The position numbers were made by a program, and so were the translations under genes. Below are positions 1 through 12,399 of a stretch of DNA of 64,000 bases, in pieces. This DNA is from Felis catus (Eukaryota): assembly GCF_018350175.1 (NCBI RefSeq), contig NC_058368.1, positions 35,590,001-35,654,000 on the forward strand, in the 5' to 3' direction. Below the pieces are notes generated by a model. That model did no database searches, was not told where the DNA came from, and saw nothing but the letters and a program-made list of their open reading frames with translations. Each line of letters begins with the position of its first letter. Position 1 is the first letter of the stretch.

Positions 1-1299
1 TCATTCATTTACTTTCTTATTGGGATGGGATTTAAAGACAGGGAATTCAGGGGTGGGTCTTGGGTTCAAGCACAAACATGCTCAGCATTGCCACTAGCCA
101 AAGGAAAACGTGGATGCATCTCAACCCCAACCCCAAACAGGTGCAGCCCTATAGACCCACTTGTGTTGAGCAGAAGGGGAGGGGTGTGAATTTCAGACCC
201 CACCTGAGACCTCAGCAGGGTACAGTACATTTCACAAACAGCACAGTGACAGGAAGCCCTTCATGTGCAATGAGGACATCAGTGGTGGGTTGTGAACACC
301 TATCCCCAATACGAAAAGCTCTAGCACACCAAATACCCTGATACACGAGAAATTCATGTAGGGATCAAGTATAAAAAATGGGTGGTAATATTCATTATAC
401 TTTACGAGAATTACTTTCGTTTATCACATTTAATATACAAATGGTTATAGTCTTTAAATACATAGGATACATTTTATATTTTCAAAATGAAAATTCCAAC
501 ACATTACCCTTCATAAACACAACAAACAAAAAAGTCATCATCAGGAAAAAATTAGAACCCACCCAAGTAATTTCTTCTGAATCATCTCTCTATCTGCTCC
601 ATTTCTCTTTTCCCCACCCTTCCATGGTCTGTTGTTGCCAGCAAGTCAACATAAATGCTGAAGGAAGAACAAAAGGAAAACAGAAACATATATTTATGTA
701 AACTTGTATTGATTCAACTAGGAAGAAACCCCACAGCTTTCAAGGTCTGAGTCACAAATCATTATGATCAGAAATGCTGAAGTGCTAGGAATACACAAGT
801 GCTTTGGCTTGTTATCATGGCTCGGGCCTGTTGCAGAGCCAGAGTGAAGTGGAAAAACATTAAATATAGTTTTAAGCCTCCGTTTATCAGGTGATAGTTC
901 AGGAAAGGGAGGACACAGTGGCCCTAAGTCCAGGCTCGTCTATTCAGCACCACGCATCCTCACTGACACATCCGCATTTGGGAAAATCAGAGGGAGGTCG
1001 CGTCACCTTTCCAAACATGAGAAAACTCTGTTCTTCCCAAGATGACCCGAAATGTTCTAATTATTGGTTATTCCCTCTGGTTGGTGATGCAGCCAACAAG
1101 CACGTAGAGTTCAGTGAACCCACAAGCGCACAGCTGTTATCTTTGACTTGTGGCCAAAACAAAAATTGGAACAGAATTTACCCAGACAAGTGTAAAGGCT
1201 TCTGTTTAAAGCAGCTATTTTCTAAGCCAGATAAACAGCTTTGAAATGGAGAAGAAATGAATCCTTTTCTAGAATATCTGAATCAAAGTGAGGTCAATG

Positions 1300-1950
1300 T
1301 CTTAAAGACAAGATGTTAACATAGATTACCCACACAGACCGAGGAAGTCTTCCAAAGAGTGCGGCAGCCTCCAAGCCGCCTGTAGTTCTACCTGTTTATC
1401 AACTTGTTTTTGTGTTTTGGAAACAGCTTTGTGCATTCGGGAAAGGAGGCTGTGTTTATTTAGTTCATGATATAAAACATCAGAGGACTGCAAACTGCCG
1501 TACTGGAAGTTTTCACGAGCCAGCAGTTGTGTAGGCCAGTAGCCTCTTTGGCCGGCCGCATCAGCCACTCTTACTTGGCAGCAGGAGGGCAGAAAGAAAC
1601 AGAGTAGTTTCACTCTGGGACTGAGTCAGTGGTTCTGTCCTTTGGATTTCCACTAAGAAACGACATTAACAAATACTTTGCTTTTTATAGGAAGCAATGA
1701 GACTGGTAAGAAATAGCTGGTAGGCGAAGCAGGGAAAAATCACCCTCCCTGTTCCTTACGCAAACACTGTGCCTCTGCTAATCTGGCAATCCATCTTACA
1801 ATCACCAAACAGTACAGAGCAAGGAAGCAATTCACACCGCAATAGTACTCCTCAGAGCTTTTCATCGCTTGATGCCCATTGCGGCTGCTTGTACCAGCAG
1901 GTGGGTATAAAATAGCAGATTCGGAGACTACAGGAGTAGTGTCCCAGGGT
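1300..1950. promoter_or_regulatory. Candidate promoter/enhancer region
   Basis: No recognisable repeats; about 15 CpGs counted by eye in 1321-1930; AP-1 TGAGTCA 1622-1628, C/EBP-type TTACGCAA 1756-1763, forkhead-like TGTTTAT motifs, divergent TATA-like boxes (minus 1681-1689, plus 1906-1912). Function is inferred. Confidence 0.4.
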
Positions 1951-2946
1951 GGAAGAGGAGATGATTTTTTTCCCCCAGTAGAGTGAATATGCATATCAGT
2001 GTACATGACTGGAGAGCTGGGTCCTGGTGAGCTGTCATCAGCAGCAATCCGTCTGTACTTCCATCTCAAGTGGTCTATTTCAGTGATAACAAGGCTTATG
2101 TATGTAGCAAGGGTTTGAAAAGCCTGCTTCTCTTGCTTCCAGCGGGGTTACAGACTAGACTACATCTGCAGTGCAGACAGCCCTGAGCCTACTGTCAACT
2201 TTCTTTCATTCCCCAGTTCCCCTGTGCTCTTCACTTGCAGCAATAGTAAAATTGCACTGGTTTTGAAGGCCTTTAAGCACCACACATCCAGACATGGTAA
2301 GAACTAAAAGACACCGTGGCCTGTTCTAAAATACTCTATCGTTAAGGCAGTCAGCTGCATAATTGGTGTCGACTTCATACCCAATGGGCAGGGATAGTTA
2401 TCAGAAACCCATTGAACAAATGGATGGGATGTTTCAAACCTATGAGCATCAAGCTTCTCCAAAAATAACAAGAAGTGACAGCTGAAGTCATGCTTAACAG
2501 AATTGGTTTTAAAATGTGAAATGGGTTTTAGAAGCAGCACTGCCTTCCTATTGGGTGTGAATGAGGCTTAGTATGAAATATCATAGGAAGGGAAATCCCT
2601 ATCAAAGCTGGGACTCTTGCTTTGTTCTCCGCCTATGACAATTGGGTATCTCCAGATAATACTTGAAAGGACTAATGTGTGGGCAGCAGATGGGTGGGTG
2701 GCCAAGGCTTGTGTAAAACAACACTTTTAAGAATTTCAGCACATTTCATAAGCAGCACATTAGGACGAATCCTTGTAACAATTCCAGAGCTGTTGTTTAT
2801 CTGGTAATTTGTTTACCTGAAGTAAGCAAGAGAAATTGTGCCTGCCACCTTCCTTCCCTCCCCTGGACTCTATGTTTTCTGCTGTTGGTGTCTGATTACG
2901 TATGCTTTCTCTACCCAATTCATGCCTTTCACATGATTCTCTAACA

Positions 2947-3142
2947 CTGGGTCAGCAATTTTTTTTTCTGTGAATAACGAATAGGCTGAAAGTTTGCAGA
3001 CCATACTTCTCTGCCACAACTACTTAACTCTGCCCTTATAGCAGGAAACCAGCCACAAACAATAAAGGAGGTGGCTGGGTTCCAATAAAACTTTACGTAT
3101 AAAGATAGGTGGGGGGCCACAGACATGGTTGTAGACTCCTTC
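2947..3142 (+). mobile_element. MER58A-like hAT-Charlie MITE, degraded
   Basis: Recognisable MER58 blocks: gggtcagcaa...caactacttaactctgcc...tagcaggaaaccagccaca...tgggttccaataaaactttac. Confidence 0.75.
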
Positions 3143-3307
3143 TGTAACATACTGTATCTTAAGCAAAATTAATCCCGGGAAATCTTGTAACTTTTCTGTT
3201 CCCTTCCCCCATCTTGATAACCTTCTGTGGTAGATCCTTAGTAATGTTCCCCCCTTCCATTTGTTCATGCCTTTCACTGTCCATACCTCTGGGAGTCCCA
3301 TAATGAC

Positions 3308-3680
3308 TGTTATGGGCTGAATTATGTCCCTCTAAAATTCATATATTAATGTCCCAATTAGCCTCAGAATGTATCTGTATTTGGAGATAATTCCTCTAAA
3401 GAGGTGATTACAAAAAAAAAAAAAATGAGGTCTTTAGGGCGGAGCCCTAATCCTCTATCACTGATGTCTTTCTAAGAAGAGGAAGAGGTGCCAAGGATGC
3501 ACAGACAGAAAAGGCCATGTGAAGAGGGAGCAAGAGGGAGGCTCTCTGCAAGCCCAGGAAAGAAACCTCAGAAGAAACCAAGCCCACCATCTCTTTGATC
3601 TTGAACTTCCAGCCTCCAGAACTATGAGAAAATAAGTTTTTGTTCTTTAAGCCACCCAGACTGTGGTATTTGTTACCACA
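3308..3680 (+). mobile_element. MaLR solo LTR, MLT1A/B-like
   Basis: Starts tgttatgggctgaatt; contains gccctaatcc, ttgatcttgaacttccagcctccagaactatgagaaaataa and ttaagccacccag...tggtatttgtta. Confidence 0.85.
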
Positions 3681-3704
3681 AATATAATGTAAGAGCCATA
3701 ATAT

Positions 3705-3825
3705 AAGAGCCCACATGAGCAGAAGAACCAGAAAGTTGATGAGATAGTCCAAGTTGTTGAGTCAAGAAAATGGCTTTAAGCCACTGAGTTTGGGGGTAGT
3801 TTGTTATATACAATAGATAGATACT
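3705..3825 (+). mobile_element. MaLR LTR 3' fragment (older MLT1 type)
   Basis: tttaagccactgagtttgggggtagtttgttat...caataga is the typical MLT1 3' end. Confidence 0.6.
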
Positions 3826-4006
3826 GCTATGCCTCCTCACCACTTTCCATGTTTTCTCCACCCCAACACTCAGACCAACCTCTTTGTCTCCTGTCTCCTT
3901 CTTCAAAGCTGTACTCCATTTTTCAAGCCTTTCCCACCCCTCCACATCATCCAGTAATGCAATCAGGGACTTCATCCACTATGGACACAACTCTCTACCA
4001 GCCAGG

Positions 4007-4615
4007 TGTATTCATTTTCTATCACTGTGATAACAAATTACCTCCAATTTAGTAGCTTATAACAACACACATTTATTAGATTACAGTGTGCAGGTCAGAA
4101 GTTTAATACACATTTCCTAGGAAAATCAAGGCATTGACAGGGCTGCATTCCTTTATTAGCACCTCTATGGAGGAATCTGTGTCCTTGATCATTCACATGG
4201 TTACTGGAATTTAGTTCCTTCTTGCTAGAGGACTGATATCCCTGTCTCCTTGCTGGCTGTCAGCTAAGCGCCATTGTCACCTTCTGGGTGCCACCTACAT
4301 ATCTTGGTTTATGGTTCCCTTCCTCCGTCTTCAAGGCCAGCAAAGGTAGTCCAAGTCCCCTCCACACTTAGAATCTCTCCTGCATCTTTATTCATTATCT
4401 ATCTCTGACTCCAGTTAAGTTTCCCTGTCTTAAAGCGTTCATGTGATTAGATTGGGCCAACTCTGATAAGCTAGGATAATCTCCCCAACTCAAGGTCCAC
4501 AATCTTTATCATGTCCACAGGTCTATTTTGCCATCTCACATTACACATTCACAGGCTCCAGGGATTAGGGTGTGGACATCTTGTGGGGAGGGAACCAGTT
4601 ATTCTGCCTACCACA
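4007..4615 (-). mobile_element. MaLR solo LTR, MLT1D/E-like
   Basis: tgtatt...taacaaattacc...ttagtagctt at one end and gattagggtgtggacatctt...attctgcctaccaca at the other; about 610 bp. Confidence 0.85.
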
Positions 4616-5100
4616 GGTGGCAACTTGTGGCAGTGAAATCAGAGGCTGTAGTTCTTAGTGCCTCTCAGTTACACTGAGAATTTTTTTGAAAAGCTAACGG
4701 CCAGCTCTAATTGTGGCTGTTCCCCGCCACAGCCACGGCCACAGCCACTCACGTGCTTCTGCATCATCTGGAATTGCCACTCTTACTTCTGGCAGAGTGG
4801 TCTTCACCTACATCCAGGTACCCCTCTACCCTCTACCTACATAGCTCTTCTCCATACTTAGTTGTAAAGTAAGGTATGTGGGCCATGATCCCCTGAATAT
4901 GAGGTTTTCAAGAACTAGGTCTGGAATCCCTTATGTCATTGTCTTGAGCAAATGAGCTCTTACAAGCCATCATTTTTCAAGCCCAATGTCTTCAAGCTTA
5001 AGCTTAATACAGGGAAAAGGTTGTATTACAACCAACGTCACAAGTTCCTACCCCCATCTACTTAGAATTTTGCCAACTAGTTCATTACAAGACCCAATCT

Positions 5101-5480
5101 ATATCAGTTAGGATGCCTTCAGCTGCAAGTCAAAGAAATCCTGATTCAAACAGGCGTCCACAGTATGAAAAATTACTATTTCACATCACAAGGAGTACAG
5201 ACATAGACCAGACTTCAGGAGTAATTAATTCTGTGGCTCAGAAAAATAATCAAGGTCCAAATTTCATTCTCTCTCTCCACCCTGCCTTTTTTGGTGTCAT
5301 CAAGCTGGTAGCAAGGTGTCTACAGCTCTTCCTGGCATCACATCCAATTATAACTACATCTGGAGGAAGAAAAGAGATTGTCTCTTCCTGTGCCTCTATC
5401 TTTGTTTGAGGAAACGTTTTCCTACAAGTTCCCTTGTAGACTTCCCCTCTGGTTTGATCAGCAGAATTGACCTAATTTTA
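5101..5480 (-). mobile_element. Old MaLR LTR (MLT1J/K-like)
   Basis: tcagttaggatgccttcagctgcaagt...agaaatcctgattcaaac and tacagctcttcctggcatcacatcc motifs. Confidence 0.6.
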
Positions 5481-7005
5481 AAGCAAGACAAGGGAAGGAG
5501 AACATGTCACTTCATCAAGCCCTTCCTTGATCACTCTTTTAAAATCGTAACCACTCCCCACTGCTTGTCTTCCAGCATTCCCTTCTGAATTCACCAAGGC
5601 TTTGTTTTCCTCCTTAGCTCTGATTTCCATATGTTTTGCTTTATTTGTACATTTTCTTTACACACACACTATAATGTCAACCTCATTGTGTTAGGGGTTT
5701 GGAACTTTTTTATTTACCTAAAACAATGCCTGGCACATAATAAGTTTCTCTCAATATTTTTAAGTAAATAAGTGATACTCCTTGAACCCTTGGAGCTAGA
5801 GGCAAGATCCACTTCCCCATATGGCTGCAGTGGGGAGGGTGGGTTACTAAACAAAACTGAGTTTATGTTAAGAGTAGATGGGGTGGGGGGACATGGAAGT
5901 GAATGCTAAATAGGCAACCAACATCCTCACTCAACCCCATTTCCCCACCACCACTGTCACCAATTTTAGTCTGGGGTAACTTTGAAAAGATAGGGACTTG
6001 GTCACAGTGAGTCTTAGAGGGGTTTACTGATCTCAGCTCTTCTTGCTTCGTCCAAGACTTCTAGAAACTTCTCTTCATGGATTCATACATCCTACTATCC
6101 TATCACCATTTGTCATCTAAGAAGTTACTGATGCTATCAAGTCGAATGATTTTATACAATCCTTTGTTCTTCCAGTAGTTGTAATATTTTAATATAATGT
6201 ACCCTTATACTTCTAAAGAAACAATTTTCCTAAAGCTTACATAGTAATAAGGGGGTATATCCTGAAAATAATCAGGATAACCTAAAGCAATGAGTTGAAG
6301 CAATAAAAGGAACTTAAGGAAAGCCATTAGTCTGATGGCTGGCTATTCAAACTACCCCACCTGGGGAAGCCCTAGTTGAACTTGAAGAAAGACAGCAGGT
6401 GACCATATTCCTCATGACTAACATCAGACTTCTGTAGCATAATTCATAATGCTCCTCCTCATGTTCTGCCCTCGGCGTTCTTGAGAGCCCCAATGTAGGA
6501 TAACATCAGGTCTTTAGAGAGGAGCCAATATATTTACAGTAGAGAGTGCCTGACACCCAGTTTATACCAGTCCTAGAAAATCCTTCCCACTCTCCTTCCA
6601 AAGAACCTTTCTTTATCCTTGAGAAGACAAAAGGGGGTTGTTTGGCCTATACATCCCAAATCATAAGACTGGGACACTCTTACTATAACCACTTAACCCA
6701 GAGTCTTCCCATTTTGAACCCGTTCTGTCCTCATAATGCTGGGCTTTCCTCAGAATTTTTTTTCAAGGCTAGGCTTTCCACTTAGCCATTGTCATCACCA
6801 TCCTTTCTAGGCTCTGCTTCTTCAGGGGCTGCTTCCCTCCCCTTTTCCCCAGGGAACCAAAGACAACTTCTGCCCAAGTTCTTTCCCTGAATCCCAAGTT
6901 CCTGTTTGGAATTCCTTATGGCTTCTAGAACCAGCTCCTCTCAGTGAAGCCCGACCCTTTTTAGGCACTGAGGAAACCCTAGTTATAATCCAATGTTTTT
7001 GTTAC

Positions 7006-7006
<1 letters not shown>

Positions 7007-7058
<52 letters not shown>
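7007..7058. repeat. (TTTC)n microsatellite
   Basis: Direct inspection. Confidence 0.95.
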
Positions 7059-7059
<1 letters not shown>

Positions 7060-7062
7060 CAA

Positions 7063-7515
7063 ATTCTTCCAGCTTTGGTCATGAAGAGTTCCTTCAGGTT
7101 GACTCCTGTATCCTTACAAGTGCCCTTCCTTTTTTGAGCACTTTTCTATACCACAAGACAATCCAGGTTAATCTTATATTTTCCTGCACCACCCCGGGAA
7201 TGAATCATTTATTTATGAATTGCTGATTCCTTTTTTCAAAGAATGGTGTTTAGGAACCAAGACTTGGGCACCAAATGTAGTCACTGCTCCGGCAGTGTTG
7301 TTGCTCCTGGGCCCTCATGGCAAACAGAGCTATGAAATACCTATGTGTATACTAACCCATACATACACACACATCTACATTTTGTGTTCGAGGAATATCA
7401 CTTACCATTTAGTTAAAAAAAAATGAGAGAAACTTACTATGCGTCAGGCATTGTTTTAAGTAAATAAATAAAAGTTCCAAACCCCTCCTAACACAAGGCA
7501 ACTGACATGACAGTT

Positions 7516-7554
<39 letters not shown>

Positions 7555-7890
7555 TCAAAGTCTATGGGTTTATAGTAATAGCTCTAATTTCAGCCCAACA
7601 CCAGAGGTCTTATTTGGGTCTTCTGCCTTTCCTTATCTGTAATGTTTTTCTCCAATAATGCAAAACTTGGGTTATTATCTACCTTATTATTTATTATATA
7701 AGTAAATTTATGATCTCATTTGCTCACCTCTAATAAAAACATAAAGTACTTCAGAATTTCTAACCCATGCACTGTGAGAAACACATTTACTAACTAGATT
7801 ATAGCATTTGTATACAGTTATTTTGTATTTAGTATTACAGTATTCAGTTAAAATACTGTTTTCCAAAGTTACTTAGGTTCATTCTTTGTT
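7063..7890 (-). mobile_element. Ancient L1MC-type LINE-1 3' UTR fragments, with (TA)n at 7518-7555
   Basis: ttcaggttgactcctgt...ttgagcactt...tccaggttaatcttatattttcctgc...gaatggtgtttaggaaccaagacttggg. Confidence 0.7.
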
Positions 7891-8051
7891 AGCAGTAGGA
7901 TTCTTGACTCTGAAGCCTTTTTCAAGCAACCTGTAGGCCTCCTCATAATCATGTGACCCACTTTATCCATATGCAAATGACCATAAAGCTTTGGGTTTTA
8001 ACATCATGATTTCTTTTTTTCTAGAAGGCAGGCACATTTAAACACACTTTT

Positions 8052-11000
8052 TTTTAAATTTAATTTTTTATTTTTTTTTTAAATTACATCCAAATTAGTT
8101 AGCATATAGTGAAACAATGATTTCAGGAATAGATTCCTTAATGCCCCTTACCCATTTAGTGCATCCCCCCTCCCACAACCCCTCCAGCAACCCTCAGTTT
8201 GTTCTCCATATTTATGAGTCTCTTCTGTTTGTCCCCCTCCCTGTTTTTATATTATTTTTGTTTCCCTTCCCTTATGTTCATCTGTTTTGTCTCCTAAAGT
8301 CCTCATATGAGTGAAGTCATATGATTTTTGTCTTTCTCTGACTAATTTCACTTAGCATAATACCCTCCAGTTCCATCCACGTAGTGCAAATCACAAGATT
8401 TCATTCTTTTTGATTTGCCAAGTAATACTCAATTGTGTATATATACCACATCTTCTTTCTCCATTCATCCATCGATGGACATTTGGGCTCTTTTCATACT
8501 TTGGCTATTCTTGATAGTGCTGCTATAAGCATGGGGTGCATGTGTCCCTTCAAAACAGCACACCTGTATCCCGTGGATAAGTGCCTAGGAGTGCAATTGC
8601 TGGGTCGTAGGGTAGTTCTATTTTTAGTTTTTTGAGGAACCTCCATACTGTTTTCCAGAGTGGCTGCACCAGCTTGCATTCCCACCAATAATGCAAAAGA
8701 GATCCTCTTTCTCCGCATCCTCGCCAACATCTGTTCTTGCCTGAGCTGTTAATGTTAGTCATTCTGACAGGTGTAAGGTGGTATTTCATTTTGTTTTGAT
8801 TTGTATTTCCCTGATGATGAGTGATGTTGAGCATTTTTTCATGTGTCGGTTGGCCATCTGGATAGCTTCCTTGGAGAAGTGTCTATTCATGTCGTTCACC
8901 CATTTCTTCACTGGATTATTTGTTTTTTGGGTGTTGAGTTTGATAAGTTCTTTATAGATTTTGGATACTAACCCTTTATCTGATATGTCATTTGCAAATA
9001 TCTTCTCCCATTCTGTCAGTTGCCTTTTAGTTTTGCGAATTGTTTCCTTTGCTGTGCAGAAGCTTTTTATTTTGATAAAGTGCCAGTAGTTCATTTTTGC
9101 TTTTGTTTCCCTTGCCTCCAGAGACGTGTTGAGTAAGAAGCTGCTGTGGGCAAGATCAAAGAGGTTTTTGCCTGCTTTCTCCTCAGGGATTTTGATGGTT
9201 TCCTGTCTTACATTTAGGTCTTTCATCCATTTTGAGTTTATTTTTGTGTATGGTGTAAGCAAGTGGTCCAGGTTCATTCTTCTGCATGTCTCTGTCCAGT
9301 TTTCCCAGCAGCACTTGTTAAAGAGACTGTCTTTATTCCATTAGATATTCATTCCTGCTTCGTCAAAGATGAGTTGGCCATATGTTTGTGGGTCCATTTC
9401 TGGGTTCTCTATCCTGTTCCATTGATCTGAGTGTGTGTTCTTGTTCCAGGACCATACTGTCTTGATGATTACAGCTTTGTAGTACAGCCTGAAGTCTGGG
9501 ATTGTGATGCCTCTTGCTTTGGTTTTCTTTTTCAAGATTGCTTTGGCTATTCAGGGTCTTTTCTGGTTCCATACAAATTTTAGGATTATTTGTTCTAACT
9601 GTAAAGAATGCTGGTGTTACTTTGATAGGGATTGTATTGAATATGTAGATTGCTTTGGGTATTATTGACATTTTAACAATATTTGTTCTTCCTATCCAAG
9701 AGCATGGAATCTTTTTCCATTTTTTTGTGACTTCTTCAATTTCTTTCATAAGCTTTCTATAGTTTTCAATGTATAGATTTTTCACCTCTTTGGTTAGATT
9801 TATTCCTAGGTATTTTATGGTGTTTTGTGCAACTGTAAATGGGATTGATTCCTTGATTTCTCTTTCTGTCACTTCATTGTTGGTGTATAGGAATGCAACC
9901 GATTTCTGTGCATTGATTTTATGCCCTGCAACTTTGCTGAATTAATGTATCAATTCTAGCAGTTTTTTTGTGGAATCTTTTGAGTTTTCCATACAGAGTA
10001 TCATGTCATCTGTGAAGAGTGAAAGTTTGACCTCCTCCTGGCCAATTTGGATGCCTTTTATTTCTTTGTGTTGTCTGATTGCAGAGGCTAAGGCTTCCAA
10101 TACTATGTTGAATAACAGTGGTGAGAGTGGACATCCCTGTCTTGTTCCTGACCTTAGGGGTCCCATTGAGGATGATATTAGTGTTGGGTCATTCATATAT
10201 GGCTTTTATGATCTCGAGGTATGCTCCTTCTATCCCTACTTTCTTGAGGGTTTTCATCAAGAAAGGATGCTATATTTTGTCAAATGCTTTCTCTGTATCT
10301 ATTGAGAGGATCATATGGTTCTTGTCCTTTCTTTTATTAATGTGATGAATCACGTTAATTGTTTTGCGGATATTGAACCAGTCCTGCATCCCAGGTATAA
10401 ATCCCACTTGGTTGTGGTGAATAATTTGTTTAATGTATTGTTGGATCCAGTTGGCAAATATCTTGTTGAGGATTTTTGCATCCATGTTCATCAGGGAAAT
10501 TGGTCTATAGTTCTCCTTTTTAGTGGAGTCTCTGTCTGGTTTTGGAGTCAAGGTAATGCTGGCTTAATAGAAAGAGTTTAGAATTTTCCTTCCATTTCTA
10601 TTTTTTGGAACAGCTTCAAGAGAATAGGTGTTAACTCTTCTTTAAATATTTGGTAGAATTCCCCTGGAAAGCCATCTGGCCCTGGACTCTTGTTTTTTGG
10701 GAGATTTTTGATTACTAATTCAACTTCCTTACTGGTTATGGGTCTGTTCAAATTTTTTATTTCTTCCTGTTTCAGTTTTGGTAGTGTATATGTTTCTACG
10801 AATTTGTCCATTTCTTCCAGATGGCCCATTTTATTAGCATATAATTGCTCATAATCTCTTATTATTGTTTTTATTTCTGCTGTGTTGGTTGTGATCTCTC
10901 CTCTTTCATTCTTGATTTTATGTATTTGGGTCCTTTCCTTTTTCTTTTTGATCAAACTGGCTAGTGGTTTATCAATTTTGCTAATTCTTTCAAAGAACCA

Positions 11001-11384
11001 GCTTCTGGTTTTATTGATCTGTTCTACTGTTTTTTTGGTTTCGATAGCATTAATTGCTGCTCTAATCTTTATTATTTCCTGTCTTCTGCTGGTTTGGGGT
11101 TTTATTTGCTGTTCTTTTCCCAGCTCTTTAAGGCGTAAGGTTAGGTTGTGTATCTGAGATCTTTCTTCCCCCCTTCCCCAGTCTCCATCCTCTGTCTGCC
11201 CGCAAAAGCAGTTCCCTACTTTTTGCGGCCTCTAGCTCCCCAAGTTCAGCTCTCTGCGCTGCATACCTGCTGAATTCTGTGGTTCAGGTTGTGTTGGTTG
11301 TTGTGTTAATCCTCCAATCAGTTTTCTAGGTGTTAGGATGGTTTAGTGTTGGTCTGGCTGTATTTCATGGACGTGAGACACACC
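8052..11384 (-). mobile_element. Carnivore/felid LINE-1, internally deleted (5' UTR start fused to ORF2)
   Basis: T-rich tail at 8052-8080; ORF2 fragments; 13-bp TSD TAAACACACTTTT at 8039-8051 and 11385-11397, giving a canonical TT/AAAA endonuclease site on the minus strand. Confidence 0.95.
8440..11169 (-). pseudogene. Disrupted L1 ORF2 (RT and C-terminal cysteine-rich domain; endonuclease domain absent)
   Basis: ORF-track peptides [70 protein letters not shown] in different frames, with stops and frameshifts. Confidence 0.95.
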
Positions 11385-12399
11385 TAAACACACTTTTAAG
11401 GTCCTACTTTTTGGCTAAGATCCTTAGCCTAAATAAGTGTCAAATATATATTGTGCCAGTTTTTTTAAACCATCTTCTTTGCAAGATAAAACCTCTTAAT
11501 TAAAGAAGGCGAATGGGCTTGACTTGTGTATATTGTATTTATGCTTTATTATTTTTCTATACAATACTTTGGATGCCTGAGATGATCATTATAAATTTCT
11601 TTTTATTATTCTAAATTTGTATTATCCCCTTAAGTGGTGTATTGGATTGCTATAGTTCACAACCTCCAGCCATAAAATACAAAGCAATAAAATCTTCTAA
11701 TTAATGCACACATATGCAAAGTTTGTAATTAAATGCAAAGCTATAATTGGACCCAGTGCCCCATCTAACATGAAATAGCAATAGCAATGAACTAGGGGGA
11801 AGAAAAAAGAAGAGCTGAAATACTCAGCATTGAAGTTGAATAGTTATTTACAGTAACTTAAAGAAAAAACATTATTCCAGGTTTTAGGGAGAAGAAATAT
11901 CCATAAAACCAATAAGGAGAAAATCTGTCTCTATTTATCATTACACAGGAGGATAAGGTCTACTGTATTCCTGACACACTAAGGTGGGGGAAGACTATAG
12001 CAAATTTATGGATGTAGTAGCTAAGGAAATAAGCTCATCTTTTGACTATAATCTGCCCACGTATACCCCTACACACAGAAAAAAAAAATGCACACACACA
12101 CATACACACTTACTTAATGGGAGCCTTAAATTCCCACTTTCTTTTGAGTTTTTTTCTATACATTTCTATATAAATATTATGTCTCTTGCAGCAAATGGAG
12201 TTGTTTTGCTTTTGACTATAAGTATTTCCAAAGATGATATCAAATGACCAACAAATACACTTTTCACAAACAAACTTGTTTCTAATTCTAAAAATTAACA
12301 GTAATTAGGAGTTCTGAATTTTACATGAAATAAGAGTAGGAGGAGTCCACATTATTGTATTATATTAATTTTAGGATCTAATTAACCAAAGTTGCTTCT

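Noticed and set aside
1326..2069. Minus-strand ORFs of 95 and 109 aa
   Set aside because: Non-ATG starts, no recognisable domain, and lengths expected by chance.
8440..11169. L1 ORF2 as an active CDS
   Set aside because: Multiple frameshifts and stops, a small deletion in RT near 10160, and no endonuclease domain or ORF1.
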